Positions 46,668 through 56,466 of a DNA stretch of 64,000 nucleotides are shown here, one piece after another. The position numbers were made by a program, and so were the translations under genes. Positions within the stretch are counted from its first letter, which is position 1. Every line of letters begins with the position of its first letter. The notes beneath the pieces were generated by a model that worked only from the letters and a program-made list of their open reading frames with translations, was not told where the DNA came from and did no database searches. The stretch is from an uncultured Planctomycetales bacterium (GTDB lineage: Bacteria; Omnitrophota; Gorgyraeia; Zapsychrales; JANLHA01): contig CAZAXH010000003.1 of assembly GCA_964489065.1 (NCBI GenBank), positions 255,104 to 319,103 of the forward strand, read 5' to 3'.

Positions 46668-47981
46668 ATGCAAAAAGTATATAGCCAAATTTTGCAGATC
46701 GCAGGCGATGTTATAACAGTAGAGGCCGAGGGTGTGGCTTACCGGGAACTCGCTGAAATCCAGACGCGCATGGGCGTGTCGTTGGCCCAGGTGATCCGGC
46801 TGGACGGTCAGAAGGTGGCCCTGCAGGTTTTGGCGGGCAGCCGGGGCATATCCACGGACGATCAAGTGCGGTTTTTAAGGCACCCCATGCGGGTGTCTTT
46901 TTCTGATAACCTGCTTGGCCGTATTTTTAACGGCAGCGGGGTCCCCCGCGACGGCGGGCCTTCCCTGGACGAAAACATGATCAACATCGGCGGGCCTTCC
47001 GTTAATCCGTCCAAACGTATCATCCCGCGGAACATGATCCGTACGGGAATCCCGATGATCGATATTTTCAACACTCTGGTGGAATCGCAGAAGCTCCCGA
47101 TCTTTTCCGTGGCCGGGGAGCCGTATAACCCGCTTCTGGCGCGGATTGCCCTGCAGGCGGAAGTGGACCTGATCGTTCTCGGCGGCATGGGCCTGAAATA
47201 CGATGATTTTCTTTTCTTTAAGGAAACGCTGGAGAAGCACGGGTCGCTGTCGCGCTCGGTGATGTTCATTCACACGGCCTCTGACCCGACGGTGGAATGT
47301 CTTCTTGTCCCGGACATGAGCCTGGCCGTGGCCGAGCAGTTCGCCTTGGCCGGGAAACGGGTGCTGGTTCTTTTAACCGATATGACGAACTTCGCCGACG
47401 CTTTGAAGGAAGTGTCCATCACGATGGAGCAGATTCCTTCCAACCGGGGGTATCCGGGCGATCTTTACAGCCAGCTGGCGGCCCGTTACGAAAAGGCCGT
47501 GGATTTCGACTCGGCCGGTTCTATCACGGTTCTGGCGGTCACGACTATGCCGGGCGACGACGTGACCCACCCGGTGCCGGATAACACGGGATATATCACC
47601 GAGGGACAGTTTTATCTGAAAAACGGGCATATTGAGCCGTTTGGAAGTTTGAGCCGCCTGAAACAGCAGGTGAACGGCCGCACCCGGGCCGACCACCGGA
47701 CCATTATGGACCGGATGATCCAGTTGTTCGCCGACTACCGTTCGACGCTGGAGAAAAAGTCGATGGGTTTTGAAATGAGCCCTTGGGACGAGAAGCTGTT
47801 GAGATACGGGCAGCGCTTTGAAAAGGAGCTGATGGCCTTGAGCGTGAATATTCCTCTGGAGGGCGCTTTGGACCTGGGGTGGCGTATTCTGGCGGATATT
47901 TTTGAGCCGGCGGAAACCGGCATTAAAGAAACATTGTTGAAGCAGTTCTGGCCGCAATCCGTTGCGGTGTCCGCGGCCTGA
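46668..47981 (+). CDS. atpB: V/A-type ATPase subunit B
   Basis: Degenerate P-loop region and a conserved B-subunit core ([13 protein letters not shown]...); 437 aa. Confidence 0.95.
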   Translation: MQKVYSQILQIAGDVITVEAEGVAYRELAEIQTRMGVSLAQVIRLDGQKVALQVLAGSRGISTDDQVRFLRHPMRVSFSDNLLGRIFNGSGVPRDGGPSLDENMINIGGPSVNPSKRIIPRNMIRTGIPMIDIFNTLVESQKLPIFSVAGEPYNPLLARIALQAEVDLIVLGGMGLKYDDFLFFKETLEKHGSLSRSVMFIHTASDPTVECLLVPDMSLAVAEQFALAGKRVLVLLTDMTNFADALKEVSITMEQIPSNRGYPGDLYSQLAARYEKAVDFDSAGSITVLAVTTMPGDDVTHPVPDNTGYITEGQFYLKNGHIEPFGSLSRLKQQVNGRTRADHRTIMDRMIQLFADYRSTLEKKSMGFEMSPWDEKLLRYGQRFEKELMALSVNIPLEGALDLGWRILADIFEPAETGIKETLLKQFWPQSVAVSAA

Positions 47982-48032
47982 TGGGCCAGACGCCAGAGCC
48001 GCGCGGGAGTTTTTTAAAAGGGTATTCGATCC

Positions 48033-48668
48033 ATGGGCAAGATTAAACTCACAAAAGGCGAGCTGAAACGGCAGCGCGACAGTTTAAAGCAGTTTCAGCA
48101 TTATTTGCCGACCCTTCAGCTCAAGAAACAGCAGCTTCAGATGAAAATACTGGAGGCCCGCCGGGCGCTTGAGGTGAAGGACGCGGCATTGGCCGAACAG
48201 CGCCAGTCGATTAACCGCTGGGTGGGGCTTTTGGCCGACCCCATGATGCAGCAGAGCATGGATTTCAAGGAATGGCTCATCCCTTCTTCGCGGGATATCC
48301 TCATCGAGACCCAGAATATCGCTGGGGCGGCTATGCCGGTGTTGAAAGACGTCCGGTTTAAAGACGCGGATTATGATTTGTACCTGACGCCGCTTTGGGT
48401 GGATGCGGGGCTGGCGGCCCTGCGGCGGTTTGTCCGTGATTATGTGGAAGCCGGGGTTATCCGCGAAGAGATCAGGATCCTGCAAAAGGAACTGCGCGTG
48501 ACGACCCAGCGGGTGAATTTGTTTGAAAAGGTGAAGATCCCGGAATGCCTGGAACACATCCGGGTGATCCGGATTTACCTCGGGGACCAGCAGGCGAACG
48601 CCGTGGGGATCAGCAAGGTCGCCAAAAAGAAAATTGAGGTCATGGCCCAGCTTGAGGCCGTGGTGTAA
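48033..48668 (+). CDS. atpD: V/A-type ATPase subunit D
   Basis: About 210 aa, coiled-coil rotor stalk. The N-terminus KIKLTKGELKRQRDSLKQ matches the subunit D pattern. Confidence 0.85.
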   Translation: MGKIKLTKGELKRQRDSLKQFQHYLPTLQLKKQQLQMKILEARRALEVKDAALAEQRQSINRWVGLLADPMMQQSMDFKEWLIPSSRDILIETQNIAGAAMPVLKDVRFKDADYDLYLTPLWVDAGLAALRRFVRDYVEAGVIREEIRILQKELRVTTQRVNLFEKVKIPECLEHIRVIRIYLGDQQANAVGISKVAKKKIEVMAQLEAVV

Positions 48669-48686
48669 AAACTTAAAGGAAGCGTC

Positions 48687-50429
48687 ATGATCGTGCCGAT
48701 GAAGAAAGTTTTTGTGCTGGTTCAGGATAAAGATGTTGAGCCGGCGTTGCTTCGTCTGCGGGGGCTGGGGCTTTTGCACGTTGAACATTCGCGCGCGCCG
48801 GTCAGCGCGGATATCAGTGGCCTGAAGGATGATATCAGACTGTTGGAGCAGGCGGCTAATTATTTGACGCACGAACACAAGAACCCGGACCAGATCGAGG
48901 CCGCTGACTGGAAAGAAACCGCGGATGTCGTTTTGGGGCTGGCGTCTTTGATGGACCGCGACCGGGAAGGCATTGCCAAACGGCAGGTGCAGATTGAGCA
49001 ATGGGAGCCGTGGGGAGATTTCAGCCTGGAGGACATCGAACGCCTTCGCGCTAAAGGCGTCGAAGTGGAGCTGGTTGAACTTCCGGAAAAGGACCTCGCG
49101 TCCGCGCCGGACGGGATTATCCTGACGCCGGTCTTCGTGAAACACAAAACAGCCCGGTGCGTGGCGTTATCCTATAAAGATGGCGAGATCCCGTATAAAA
49201 TTTTACCTTTGCCGCCCCAGCGTTTAAGCCGGATCCGGGAGGAGCAGGACCGTTTGCGTAAGCGGGTTAAAGAAGCGCATCAGCAGCTTCTGGATGACAG
49301 CAAATACCTGGATTATTTTAAAAGAATTCTTGCGGATAAAAAGGAACAGTTAATTCTTGAACAGGTGAGAGAGGGCCGCGGGCGCGAGGATCGGATCAGC
49401 TATCTTAAAGGGTTCTGCCCGTATGATATGACGGAGCGGTTGGAGGCCGCGGCGCGGGAGGAACACTGGGGGCTACTTTTTGAAGACCCGTCGGATGACG
49501 ACCATGTCCCGACCCTGTTGCGTTATCCTCGATGGGTTCAAATCATTAAGCCGCTTTTCACCATGACCCAGATTGTGCCGGGGTACCGGGAAGTGGATAT
49601 TAGCCCGTTTTTCCTGGTTTTTTTTAGCGTGTTCGTTGGGATTTTGATCGGAGACGCCGGGTACGGTGCCGTGACGCTGCTGGGCCTTATCGTTTTGTAT
49701 TTTGCAATGAAAAAAAAGGGACGGATGACCCCGGAGATTAAAATATCGATTCAGCTCGGCGTGCTGTTGAGTGGCTGTGTGATTGTATGGGGCGTTTTAA
49801 GTGGCACTTATTTCGGTCAGGGCTGGCTGGGAGGCGCCGTTAAGCCGCTTGTGCCCTGGGTCAATAATGAGCGCAATTTTCAACTGCTTTGTTTTTTGAT
49901 CGGCGCCGTCCATATAACTATCGCGCATGCCTGGCGCGTTCTGCAGCGGTTGCCGTCTTTAACCGCTTTGTCTGACGCGGGGTGGGTCCTTATCGTCTGG
50001 GCCATGTTTTTCATCGCGCGCATGCTTATTCTGGATTATCCTTTGCCGGCCGTGGCTATGTTTTTCCTGGGATCAGGGATATTTTTGGTTCTTTTCTTTA
50101 CTAAACCCCAGCGGAACATGCTCAAAGCCGGGCTGGCCGGCCTCGGGGCCCTGGCCTTAAATATTGTGAATTCTTTTACAGATGTTGTGTCTTATATCCG
50201 GCTTTACGCGGTGGGGCTGGCGTCGGTTGCCGTCGCGGACGCGGCCAACGCCATGCCTTTAATAGGGATGGTCTTGCTCCATGTGATTAATTTTAACCTG
50301 GCGCTTCTGGCGTTGATGGTGCACGGCGTACGGCTGAACACCCTGGAGTTTTCCGGGCACCTGGGACTGGAGTGGACAGGTTTTGTTTATGAACCGTTTA
50401 AAAGGACGAAACATAAAGGATTTGTATAA
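48687..50429 (+). CDS. atpI: V/A-type ATPase subunit I (a-subunit)
   Basis: About 320-aa soluble coiled-coil N-terminal domain, then about 8 TM helices with the conserved Arg-containing helix (RLYAVGLAS...HGVRLNTLEF). Confidence 0.8.
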   Translation: MIVPMKKVFVLVQDKDVEPALLRLRGLGLLHVEHSRAPVSADISGLKDDIRLLEQAANYLTHEHKNPDQIEAADWKETADVVLGLASLMDRDREGIAKRQVQIEQWEPWGDFSLEDIERLRAKGVEVELVELPEKDLASAPDGIILTPVFVKHKTARCVALSYKDGEIPYKILPLPPQRLSRIREEQDRLRKRVKEAHQQLLDDSKYLDYFKRILADKKEQLILEQVREGRGREDRISYLKGFCPYDMTERLEAAAREEHWGLLFEDPSDDDHVPTLLRYPRWVQIIKPLFTMTQIVPGYREVDISPFFLVFFSVFVGILIGDAGYGAVTLLGLIVLYFAMKKKGRMTPEIKISIQLGVLLSGCVIVWGVLSGTYFGQGWLGGAVKPLVPWVNNERNFQLLCFLIGAVHITIAHAWRVLQRLPSLTALSDAGWVLIVWAMFFIARMLILDYPLPAVAMFFLGSGIFLVLFFTKPQRNMLKAGLAGLGALALNIVNSFTDVVSYIRLYAVGLASVAVADAANAMPLIGMVLLHVINFNLALLALMVHGVRLNTLEFSGHLGLEWTGFVYEPFKRTKHKGFV

Positions 50430-50443
50430 AAGAGGAGAGAGAG

Positions 50444-50890
50444 ATGGAACAGAACGTGTTGATGCAATTTCAGGATTTGGGTCTTGCCGCGGCCGTGTCT
50501 TTGGCCGCCATTGGATCGGCGCTGGGAAGCGGATCGGCGGGGATGTCGGCGGTGGGGGCGTGGAAGAAGTGTTACGCCCAAAGCAAGGCGGCGCCGTTTT
50601 TACTGGTCGCATTTGTCGGCGCGCCGCTCTCCCAGACTATCTACGGCATGATCCTGATGAATAAAATCGCCGGTGCGGTCCAGGGCGGGGCCTATTACTG
50701 GGGCGCCGGGATTTTCGGCGGGGCGGCTTTAGGGATATCGGCCTGGTATCAGGGCAAGGCCGGGGCCGGAGCGGCCGATGCCTTGGCAGAGACCGGGAAA
50801 GGGTTCACGAATTACCTGATGGTGCTGGGGATTATCGAAACCGTGGCCCTGTTTGTTATGGTCTTTTTGCTGGGCAAAATCGGGGCGTGA
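50444..50890 (+). CDS. atpK: V/A-type ATPase proteolipid subunit K (c-subunit)
   Basis: 148 aa, Gly/Ala-rich hairpin helices (GSALGSGSAG) with a conserved carboxylate in the last helix (IIETVALF). Confidence 0.8.
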   Translation: MEQNVLMQFQDLGLAAAVSLAAIGSALGSGSAGMSAVGAWKKCYAQSKAAPFLLVAFVGAPLSQTIYGMILMNKIAGAVQGGAYYWGAGIFGGAALGISAWYQGKAGAGAADALAETGKGFTNYLMVLGIIETVALFVMVFLLGKIGA

Positions 50891-50917
50891 AGATGGCCGG
50901 ATGGAGAGACGCCCGTA

Positions 50918-50946
50918 TTGACAGGGGCTGGAAAGAATAGTATTAT
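50918..50946 (+). promoter_or_regulatory. Consensus sigma-70 promoter (TTGACA-N17-TATTAT) for the tRNA-Val/tRNA-Asp pair
   Basis: Perfect -35 hexamer and a good -10 with 17-nt spacing. Predicted transcription start about 5 nt before the tRNA-Val 5' end. Confidence 0.5.
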
Positions 50947-50957
50947 GACAAAATCCT

Positions 50958-51034
50958 GGGCGATTAGCTCAGCTGGTTAGAGCGTCCGGCTTACATCCGG
51001 GAGGTCGAGGGTTCAAGTCCTTCATCGCCCACCA
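50958..51034 (+). tRNA. tRNA-Val (anticodon TAC), CCA encoded
   Basis: GGGCGAT...GCTCAGCTGGTTAGAGC...anticodon loop CUUACAU...T arm GAGGGTTCAAGTCCTTC...ATCGCCCACCA. Confidence 0.9.
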
Positions 51035-51098
51035 TAAAATTTTTTCTTTACAAAAGTGTATTTACATAATACACTTATAATTTCCAAAAAGAAATTTT

Positions 51099-51176
51099 GG
51101 GCCCGTGGTGTAGCTTGGTTAACATATCTGACTGTCGATCAGAAGATCGCGAGTTCAAATCTCGTCGGGCCCGCCA
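51099..51176 (+). tRNA. tRNA-Asp (anticodon GTC), CCA encoded
   Basis: GGGCCCG...anticodon arm TCTGA-CTGTCGA-TCAGA...T arm GCGAGTTCAAATCTCGT...CGGGCCCGCCA. Confidence 0.9.
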
Positions 51177-51182
51177 AATATA

Positions 51183-51212
51183 AAAAGCCTCTTTTAAAAG
51201 GGGCTTTTTATA
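51183..51212 (+). terminator. Rho-independent terminator after the tRNA pair
   Basis: AAAGCCTC-TTTTAAAA-GGGGCTTT hairpin followed by TTTTTAT. Confidence 0.55.
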
Positions 51213-51500
51213 TTTGCAAAGGCCCACGGCTTGACTTGTTCTTTGCGCCCACGGGGATGATCCCGATGGATGCTGACCTTCAAAATCCGAGGGGAATTTG
51301 ATTGGCAAGGGCGGGAAATATGCGATTCCGGGAACTGTTGATGCTTACAAGAAGCCGAACCCGTTATACATATGAACATCAAAACTTCTTGTCTTCTCAT
51401 GACGCAAAAGGTTGCGCGATAATTCGCCGCTGTAATTTGCCTTCCTTTTTGAAAATAGAGAACAAGCCCCTCCGCGATAGTTCGAGGTTTTATTTTTAAA

Positions 51501-52676
51501 TTATGACAATAGGGCTTTGAGCATGGCTATTTTATTCGAGAATCCCGGCAGGCGAACGAGGCACATAAAGTAATGCAGTGTCACCGCCAGGTGGCCACGC
51601 AACTCTACGCAAACCAACTTTCCGCAGACCCAGCTATTTTTGAAAGGGCAAACACCCGCCACATCCAAACATAATAATTTTCCGCAAGCTCTGTTGTTGG
51701 CCATCGGGACAATGTACCCCAAATCAACGGGTTTGTATTCCAGTAAGGGCTGTCCGGAAATGGTTCTAAGAATATTGTGGGCCGCCGCTTCCCCCTCGGT
51801 GATCGCAAATTGAACGGCCATTCGCAATACCGTTCCTCGATAGTTGAAACAGGCCGCATCGCCAATGACAAAACAATTTTCATGAGCCCGTAAATATTTA
51901 TCCACCGCAATTCGTCCCTGCGCCCTTTTTTCCAAACGGGATTGAATGATATATTCTGCGGTCTTGACGCCTGCCGTCCAAATAACAAGCGCCGCATCAA
52001 AGCGTCGTTGGTTCGAAAGGAAAACGGTCTGGCCCTCAAGCCGCTCCAGCGAGACATTACAGAAAACCTCAATTCCCATTTTCTCTAAATTTCGGGTAAC
52101 ATTCTCCTTTATCCAGGGCGGGAGGGGACCTAAAAGGGCCGGGGCTTTTTCGATAATGATAATTTTTTTAGATTTCTTTTCCCGTTTAAAATGCCGCCAC
52201 AAATTCGTCGCTACTTCAATGCCGGTATAGCCACCCCCAATGACAAGACAATATTCGAAGCAACGCTGCGACAAGGCCAGAAGGATTCTTTCAACATCAG
52301 GTACGGAATCGACTGTAAAACAGTGTTTTTGCAGGGAGGAGTTCCCGTAAAAATTGGTCTCGGCGCCGCTGGCAATGATGAGGTAATCATAAGAAAACGA
52401 TTGCTCCGCGGTCAAAACTCTTTGCTGTGCGGGATCAATATGGTTCACTTCGGCCGAAACGAAAGTTGTCTTCAGCCTCTTAGCCAATGTTTTCAAGTTC
52501 AAGGATAGCGACTGTGGAGGCAGACAGCGGCCGATGGCATCCGGGAGTGCCGGCAAGAAATCCGACATCGTTTTACGATCGATCAGGGTAATCTCTAGAT
52601 CTTTTTTCTCCCGCGCCAAGCGTTTCAAGGCGCTTAGACCCGCGAATCCGCCCCCAATAATAACAACCTGATTCAC
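51501..52676 (-). CDS. ndh: Type II NADH dehydrogenase (NDH-2) / FAD-dependent pyridine nucleotide-disulfide oxidoreductase
   Basis: Two Rossmann dinucleotide motifs (VVIIGGGFAG; LVIGGGYTGIE); about 390 aa, the size and architecture of NDH-2. Confidence 0.75.
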   Translation of the reverse strand: MNQVVIIGGGFAGLSALKRLAREKKDLEITLIDRKTMSDFLPALPDAIGRCLPPQSLSLNLKTLAKRLKTTFVSAEVNHIDPAQQRVLTAEQSFSYDYLIIASGAETNFYGNSSLQKHCFTVDSVPDVERILLALSQRCFEYCLVIGGGYTGIEVATNLWRHFKREKKSKKIIIIEKAPALLGPLPPWIKENVTRNLEKMGIEVFCNVSLERLEGQTVFLSNQRRFDAALVIWTAGVKTAEYIIQSRLEKRAQGRIAVDKYLRAHENCFVIGDAACFNYRGTVLRMAVQFAITEGEAAAHNILRTISGQPLLEYKPVDLGYIVPMANNRACGKLLCLDVAGVCPFKNSWVCGKLVCVELRGHLAVTLHYFMCLVRLPGFSNKIAMLKALLS

Positions 52677-52694
52677 AGAGGTTCTGTCCCTTCT

Positions 52695-53579
52695 TTATTT
52701 AGCGACGCAAACAAACTTGCAGGTTCCGTTTTTGATGTCTATCGCTAATTCGCTTTGCGGATCAAGGACCAAAGATTTACTCAGGAATTCATGATACTTT
52801 TCCTGATTTCCTTTAAGCTGATAGACCTGCGCGAGGCGAACATAGACATCTGGGAATTGAGGATCACGCTCTACAGCTTGCAGCAGATACTTTTCCGCCA
52901 TAGTCAAATCCCGCCCCAAAAACGGCGGGGTTAAGAGATAATACGACCCCAGACCAAACAGCACCTCCGGCGCCTGAGGATCAAGCTTTTCCGCATGCTT
53001 CAGGGTTGAATGCACAAAAGTTCCGTTGACAATCTTCGATACCGGTCCGCCATAATAGGCGATCATCCCCTTGGCCCCTGCATGCAGAGTATACGCGCGG
53101 ACATAATTGCCTAGGTCGACCTGTTGCTGCCCCTGCCGGATCACATCGTCAGCAAGCTGCACAGCCCGGTTAAAGTCCCTTTGTATGAATTTAAGGTAGG
53201 CCAAACTGATCTTCGCCGGGGCAAAGTCAGGATGACTTTTTATAATTTCTTCTAATGTGGCCGTGCTCTCTTCGGTTTTTCGTTGCCGACGATAGATTTC
53301 GGCTATTCCCCATTTTGCCTCAAGATTTCCAGGGGAGATTTCAAGCAAGCGGTTAAATACTTGCAACGACTGATCGATTTTATAATGATTCATATAAATC
53401 AAAGCCAATAAATAAAGGGCCTCCACCTTTTGGGGATTCGTGGCGACCATATCGAGCGCGGTGGTCTCCTCCGTGACATCAGCCTTTTCGTGAAGGGTTT
53501 TCCAGTCGATTGCAAAACAAATCGTGTTGTAACCCAAGAAAAGAAGTAAAACGCCTATAGTCTTTAAAATTTTCATCAT
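52695..53579 (-). CDS. Secreted TPR-repeat protein
   Basis: Signal peptide and about 6 TPR-like helical pairs (W-LG-Y-A-F-A-P pattern). Directly upstream of ndh and co-oriented with it. Confidence 0.7.
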   Translation of the reverse strand: MMKILKTIGVLLLFLGYNTICFAIDWKTLHEKADVTEETTALDMVATNPQKVEALYLLALIYMNHYKIDQSLQVFNRLLEISPGNLEAKWGIAEIYRRQRKTEESTATLEEIIKSHPDFAPAKISLAYLKFIQRDFNRAVQLADDVIRQGQQQVDLGNYVRAYTLHAGAKGMIAYYGGPVSKIVNGTFVHSTLKHAEKLDPQAPEVLFGLGSYYLLTPPFLGRDLTMAEKYLLQAVERDPQFPDVYVRLAQVYQLKGNQEKYHEFLSKSLVLDPQSELAIDIKNGTCKFVCVAK

Positions 53580-53991
53580 ACAGCCCCTTTTTAAAAGTGT
53601 GGAATCGATTTTAATTATACCATAGTGTCAATTGTCACTTTTTGTAAATTCCCATACCGGTTCTTAAATTACATTTTACGAATTTTTGATTTTCAATATT
53701 CTTCTTTGTTGGTATGGACATTTTATTAGCGACTGGGAGGCCAATGAGGGCCTGAAGTTATCCGCAAATACCTGGGCAAAACGGGCATATTTATAAGTTG
53801 TTATCTCTGCTACGGCAGTATTATGATACATTATGTTTGTTTCTTTGTGATAACCGTCGAGAGATAGATTTATAACTGACATACCTTGTCGCCGGCGCAT
53901 TGTGAATTTTCTGTGAACATGAAAGAGAATGACTTCACAAAACAATCAAGACAGGATATACTAAATAGAAATTTAGAAAGCTGGAAAGAGT

Positions 53992-54690
53992 ATGCCTAAA
54001 GGCCGCATTCTTATTGTCGAGGATGACCTCCACATTTCAAAATTGGTTCAATACAATTTTGAAAAGGCAGATTTCATTTGCACGGTCACGATAACGGGAG
54101 AAGACGCGCTTAACATCCTCGATAAGGACCCCGTTGATTTGATTATTTTGGATATCATGCTTCCGAAAATGGATGGGTTTGAGGCCTGCCGGCTGATAAA
54201 ACAGGACAAAAAGTTAGCCGCTATCCCTGTCATGATTCTGACCGCCAAAGGGGAGGAAGTTGACCGTATCGTCGGATTAGAGCTGGGGGCGGATGATTAT
54301 GTCGTTAAGCCATTTAGCCCCCGGGAACTGGTGTTGCGTGCGCAGGCTCTTTTGAGGCGGGGACAGCCCGTTAAAGAAAACGTTAAGGAAATTCTCGCCG
54401 CGGGGGGCATTGTCTTGGATATCCCCCGCCACAGGGTAACGGTGGATAAAAAGGAAGCGATGTTGTCACCGATGGAATTTAAGCTTTTGTCCATCCTTAT
54501 GGAGAGGAAAGGCCGTGTTCAATCCCGCGAACAGCTTTTGACGGATGTTTGGGGGTATTCCGCAGAAGTTACGACCCGCACAATCGACACCCATATAAAA
54601 TTATTGCGTCAAAAATTAGGCAAGGCCGGGGACCTCATTCAAACGGTCCGGAGCGTCGGTTATAAGATAGATGATGAAGAAGGTCCTTGA
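53992..54690 (+). CDS. OmpR/PhoB-family response regulator
   Basis: Receiver domain (EDD...D54 in ILDIMLP...K in VVKPF) and a winged-helix output (…TVDTHIKLLRQKLG...GYKI). No histidine kinase gene adjacent. Confidence 0.85.
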   Translation: MPKGRILIVEDDLHISKLVQYNFEKADFICTVTITGEDALNILDKDPVDLIILDIMLPKMDGFEACRLIKQDKKLAAIPVMILTAKGEEVDRIVGLELGADDYVVKPFSPRELVLRAQALLRRGQPVKENVKEILAAGGIVLDIPRHRVTVDKKEAMLSPMEFKLLSILMERKGRVQSREQLLTDVWGYSAEVTTRTIDTHIKLLRQKLGKAGDLIQTVRSVGYKIDDEEGP

Positions 54691-54911
54691 TTTTTCCGGT
54701 GTGGCGCACTCTGATTTCTGTCTTCCCGCTAACCTCTCCCGCCGAATCCCTGCGACTTTTACGCTGATGTTTTTTAAATATTTGTGATTTCCCAGATGTA
54801 TTCCTTGTTTTTTTCTTTAGGGATATCGGCGTTTTTGAACTTTATTATTCCGAGATATTTTATTAAAATAGTTAAACAGTTTTGTGTGGATGACCGGTTA
54901 AACCGTGCTGA

Positions 54912-55625
54912 ATGACGATACAAGGGGCCTGCCGAATGGTTTTTAAATATAAAAATGTCGTTCCGTGGGGAAGGAATTTTGAGGAATATAGAAGGATGTT
55001 TGATTTGCGCGAGAACGAGCTGACATTAAGGATACTGGGGTGTGGAGACGGGCCCGCCAGTTTTAACTGGGAATGCAATCAGAAAGGCGGCCGGGTCATT
55101 TCGGTTGACCCGCTTTATAATCTGACGAGACAGGAGATCCAGTCCCGGATTCAGGAAACCTATAAAGACGTCATGGCGCAAACAGAACGGGATAAAGACA
55201 AGTTTAAATGGGACAGCATCAAATCGGTGGCGGCCCTCGGGGAAGTCAGAATGAAGGCGATGAGCGCCTTTTTGGATTCCTATGAGGAGGGTAAAATCAA
55301 AGGACGCTACATTCCGGCGGCTTTGCCGGACCTCCCGTTTCCCAACGACGCATTCGATCTTTCTTTATGCTCCCATTTCCTGTTTTTGTACACGGAGCAG
55401 CTTTCATATGAATTTCATGTGAAGGCCATCAAGGAAATGTTGCGGGTTTCAAGAGAGGCGAGGTTTTTTCCGCTTCTGGATTTGAATGCCGGGAGATCGC
55501 CGTATATCTCCAAAATCCTTTTGGAATTTCAGGCCGAATGTGTAGAAATCAGGAAAGTCGCCTATGAATTCCAGATCGGCGGCAATGAACTGCTGATCAT
55601 AAAAAAGACGGGGCGCGGCGGGTGA
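54912..55625 (+). CDS. Class I SAM-dependent methyltransferase
   Basis: ILGCGDGPAS motif I; motif-II-like FDLSLCSHFLF. The start may be the ATG at 54936. Confidence 0.65.
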   Translation: MTIQGACRMVFKYKNVVPWGRNFEEYRRMFDLRENELTLRILGCGDGPASFNWECNQKGGRVISVDPLYNLTRQEIQSRIQETYKDVMAQTERDKDKFKWDSIKSVAALGEVRMKAMSAFLDSYEEGKIKGRYIPAALPDLPFPNDAFDLSLCSHFLFLYTEQLSYEFHVKAIKEMLRVSREARFFPLLDLNAGRSPYISKILLEFQAECVEIRKVAYEFQIGGNELLIIKKTGRGG

Positions 55626-55664
55626 GTTGGCCCCGGGTCCCGCGAAACCTTAAGGAGACAAGAC

Positions 55665-56156
55665 ATGAAAATCAGCCTGGCCCCGATGTCCCGGGATGAC
55701 CGCGAATCTGTTGTTGATATCTTCAATTATTATGTTGAAAACAGCTTCTCGGCCTATCCGGAAAAAAAAGTGCCGTATGAATTTTTTGATACTCTTTGGG
55801 CCATGTGCCAGGGCTACCCCGCTGTGACCGCAAGGGATGAGAGGGGAGAGGTGATCGGGTTTGCCCTGCTTCGGCCGTATAACCTTATGCCGGCTTTTTC
55901 CAGGACGGCCGAAATCACGTATTTCGTTAGGCCGGGTTTCACGGGGCAGGGGATTGGCCGGATGTTTTTAGATTATCTGATTGAGGAGGGCAAAAAGAAA
56001 GGCCTCGCCCATATCCTGGCCGGCATAGCTTCTTTAAATGAAGGCAGCTTGAGGTTCCATCGGAAAAATGGGTTTGTGGAGTGCGGCCGTTTTGTCAATA
56101 TCGGCCAGAAACAAGACAAGCTTTTTGATGTTGTTTACTATCAGTTAACGCTTTAA
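55665..56156 (+). CDS. GNAT-family N-acetyltransferase (PAT-like)
   Basis: Acetyl-CoA motif GQGIGRMFL; phosphinothricin-acetyltransferase-like layout. Confidence 0.8.
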   Translation: MKISLAPMSRDDRESVVDIFNYYVENSFSAYPEKKVPYEFFDTLWAMCQGYPAVTARDERGEVIGFALLRPYNLMPAFSRTAEITYFVRPGFTGQGIGRMFLDYLIEEGKKKGLAHILAGIASLNEGSLRFHRKNGFVECGRFVNIGQKQDKLFDVVYYQLTL

Positions 56157-56199
56157 GCCTTGTTGTCGCGGCGGCCTGCGCGGGGCCGGGGAGGTTGCG

Positions 56200-56460
56200 A
56201 TGGCGTATGTGGAGTTGGTCAGAACGTTTAACCAGGGTGACATCGCTTTGATCAAGTCGTTGCTTTTGGCCGAGGGGATAGAATACTATTTGCAGGGTGA
56301 AGATTTTAACCTGGTGCGTCCGCTGGCTGTCCCTCCGGTGTTTATGGTCAGGGAAGATCAATATCAGGACGCGCGGGAAATTATTAAGGGCCTCAATATT
56401 TCACTCGGCTCTAAGACAACCAAAAAATGCAGCCCGGATGAGACTGATAAAATCAGGTAG
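56200..56460 (+). CDS. DUF2007-like small protein
   Basis: 86 aa; ELVRTFNQGDIALIKSLLLAEGIEYYL matches the DUF2007 (putative signal-transducing) N-terminal pattern. Confidence 0.55.
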   Translation: MAYVELVRTFNQGDIALIKSLLLAEGIEYYLQGEDFNLVRPLAVPPVFMVREDQYQDAREIIKGLNISLGSKTTKKCSPDETDKIR

Positions 56461-56466
56461 CGTGTC

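Noticed and set aside
44027-49147. Long antisense ORFs within V-ATPase genes (45736-46416, 48084-49145, 46875-47273)
   Set aside because: They lie fully inside confidently identified atpA, atpB, atpD and atpI genes on the opposite strand. This is a typical high-GC artefact.
51035-51098. A separate promoter for tRNA-Asp between the two tRNAs
   Set aside because: TTTACA and TATAAT-like hexamers are present, but the spacings are wrong (9 or 23 nt). Co-transcription from the consensus promoter upstream of tRNA-Val is more likely.
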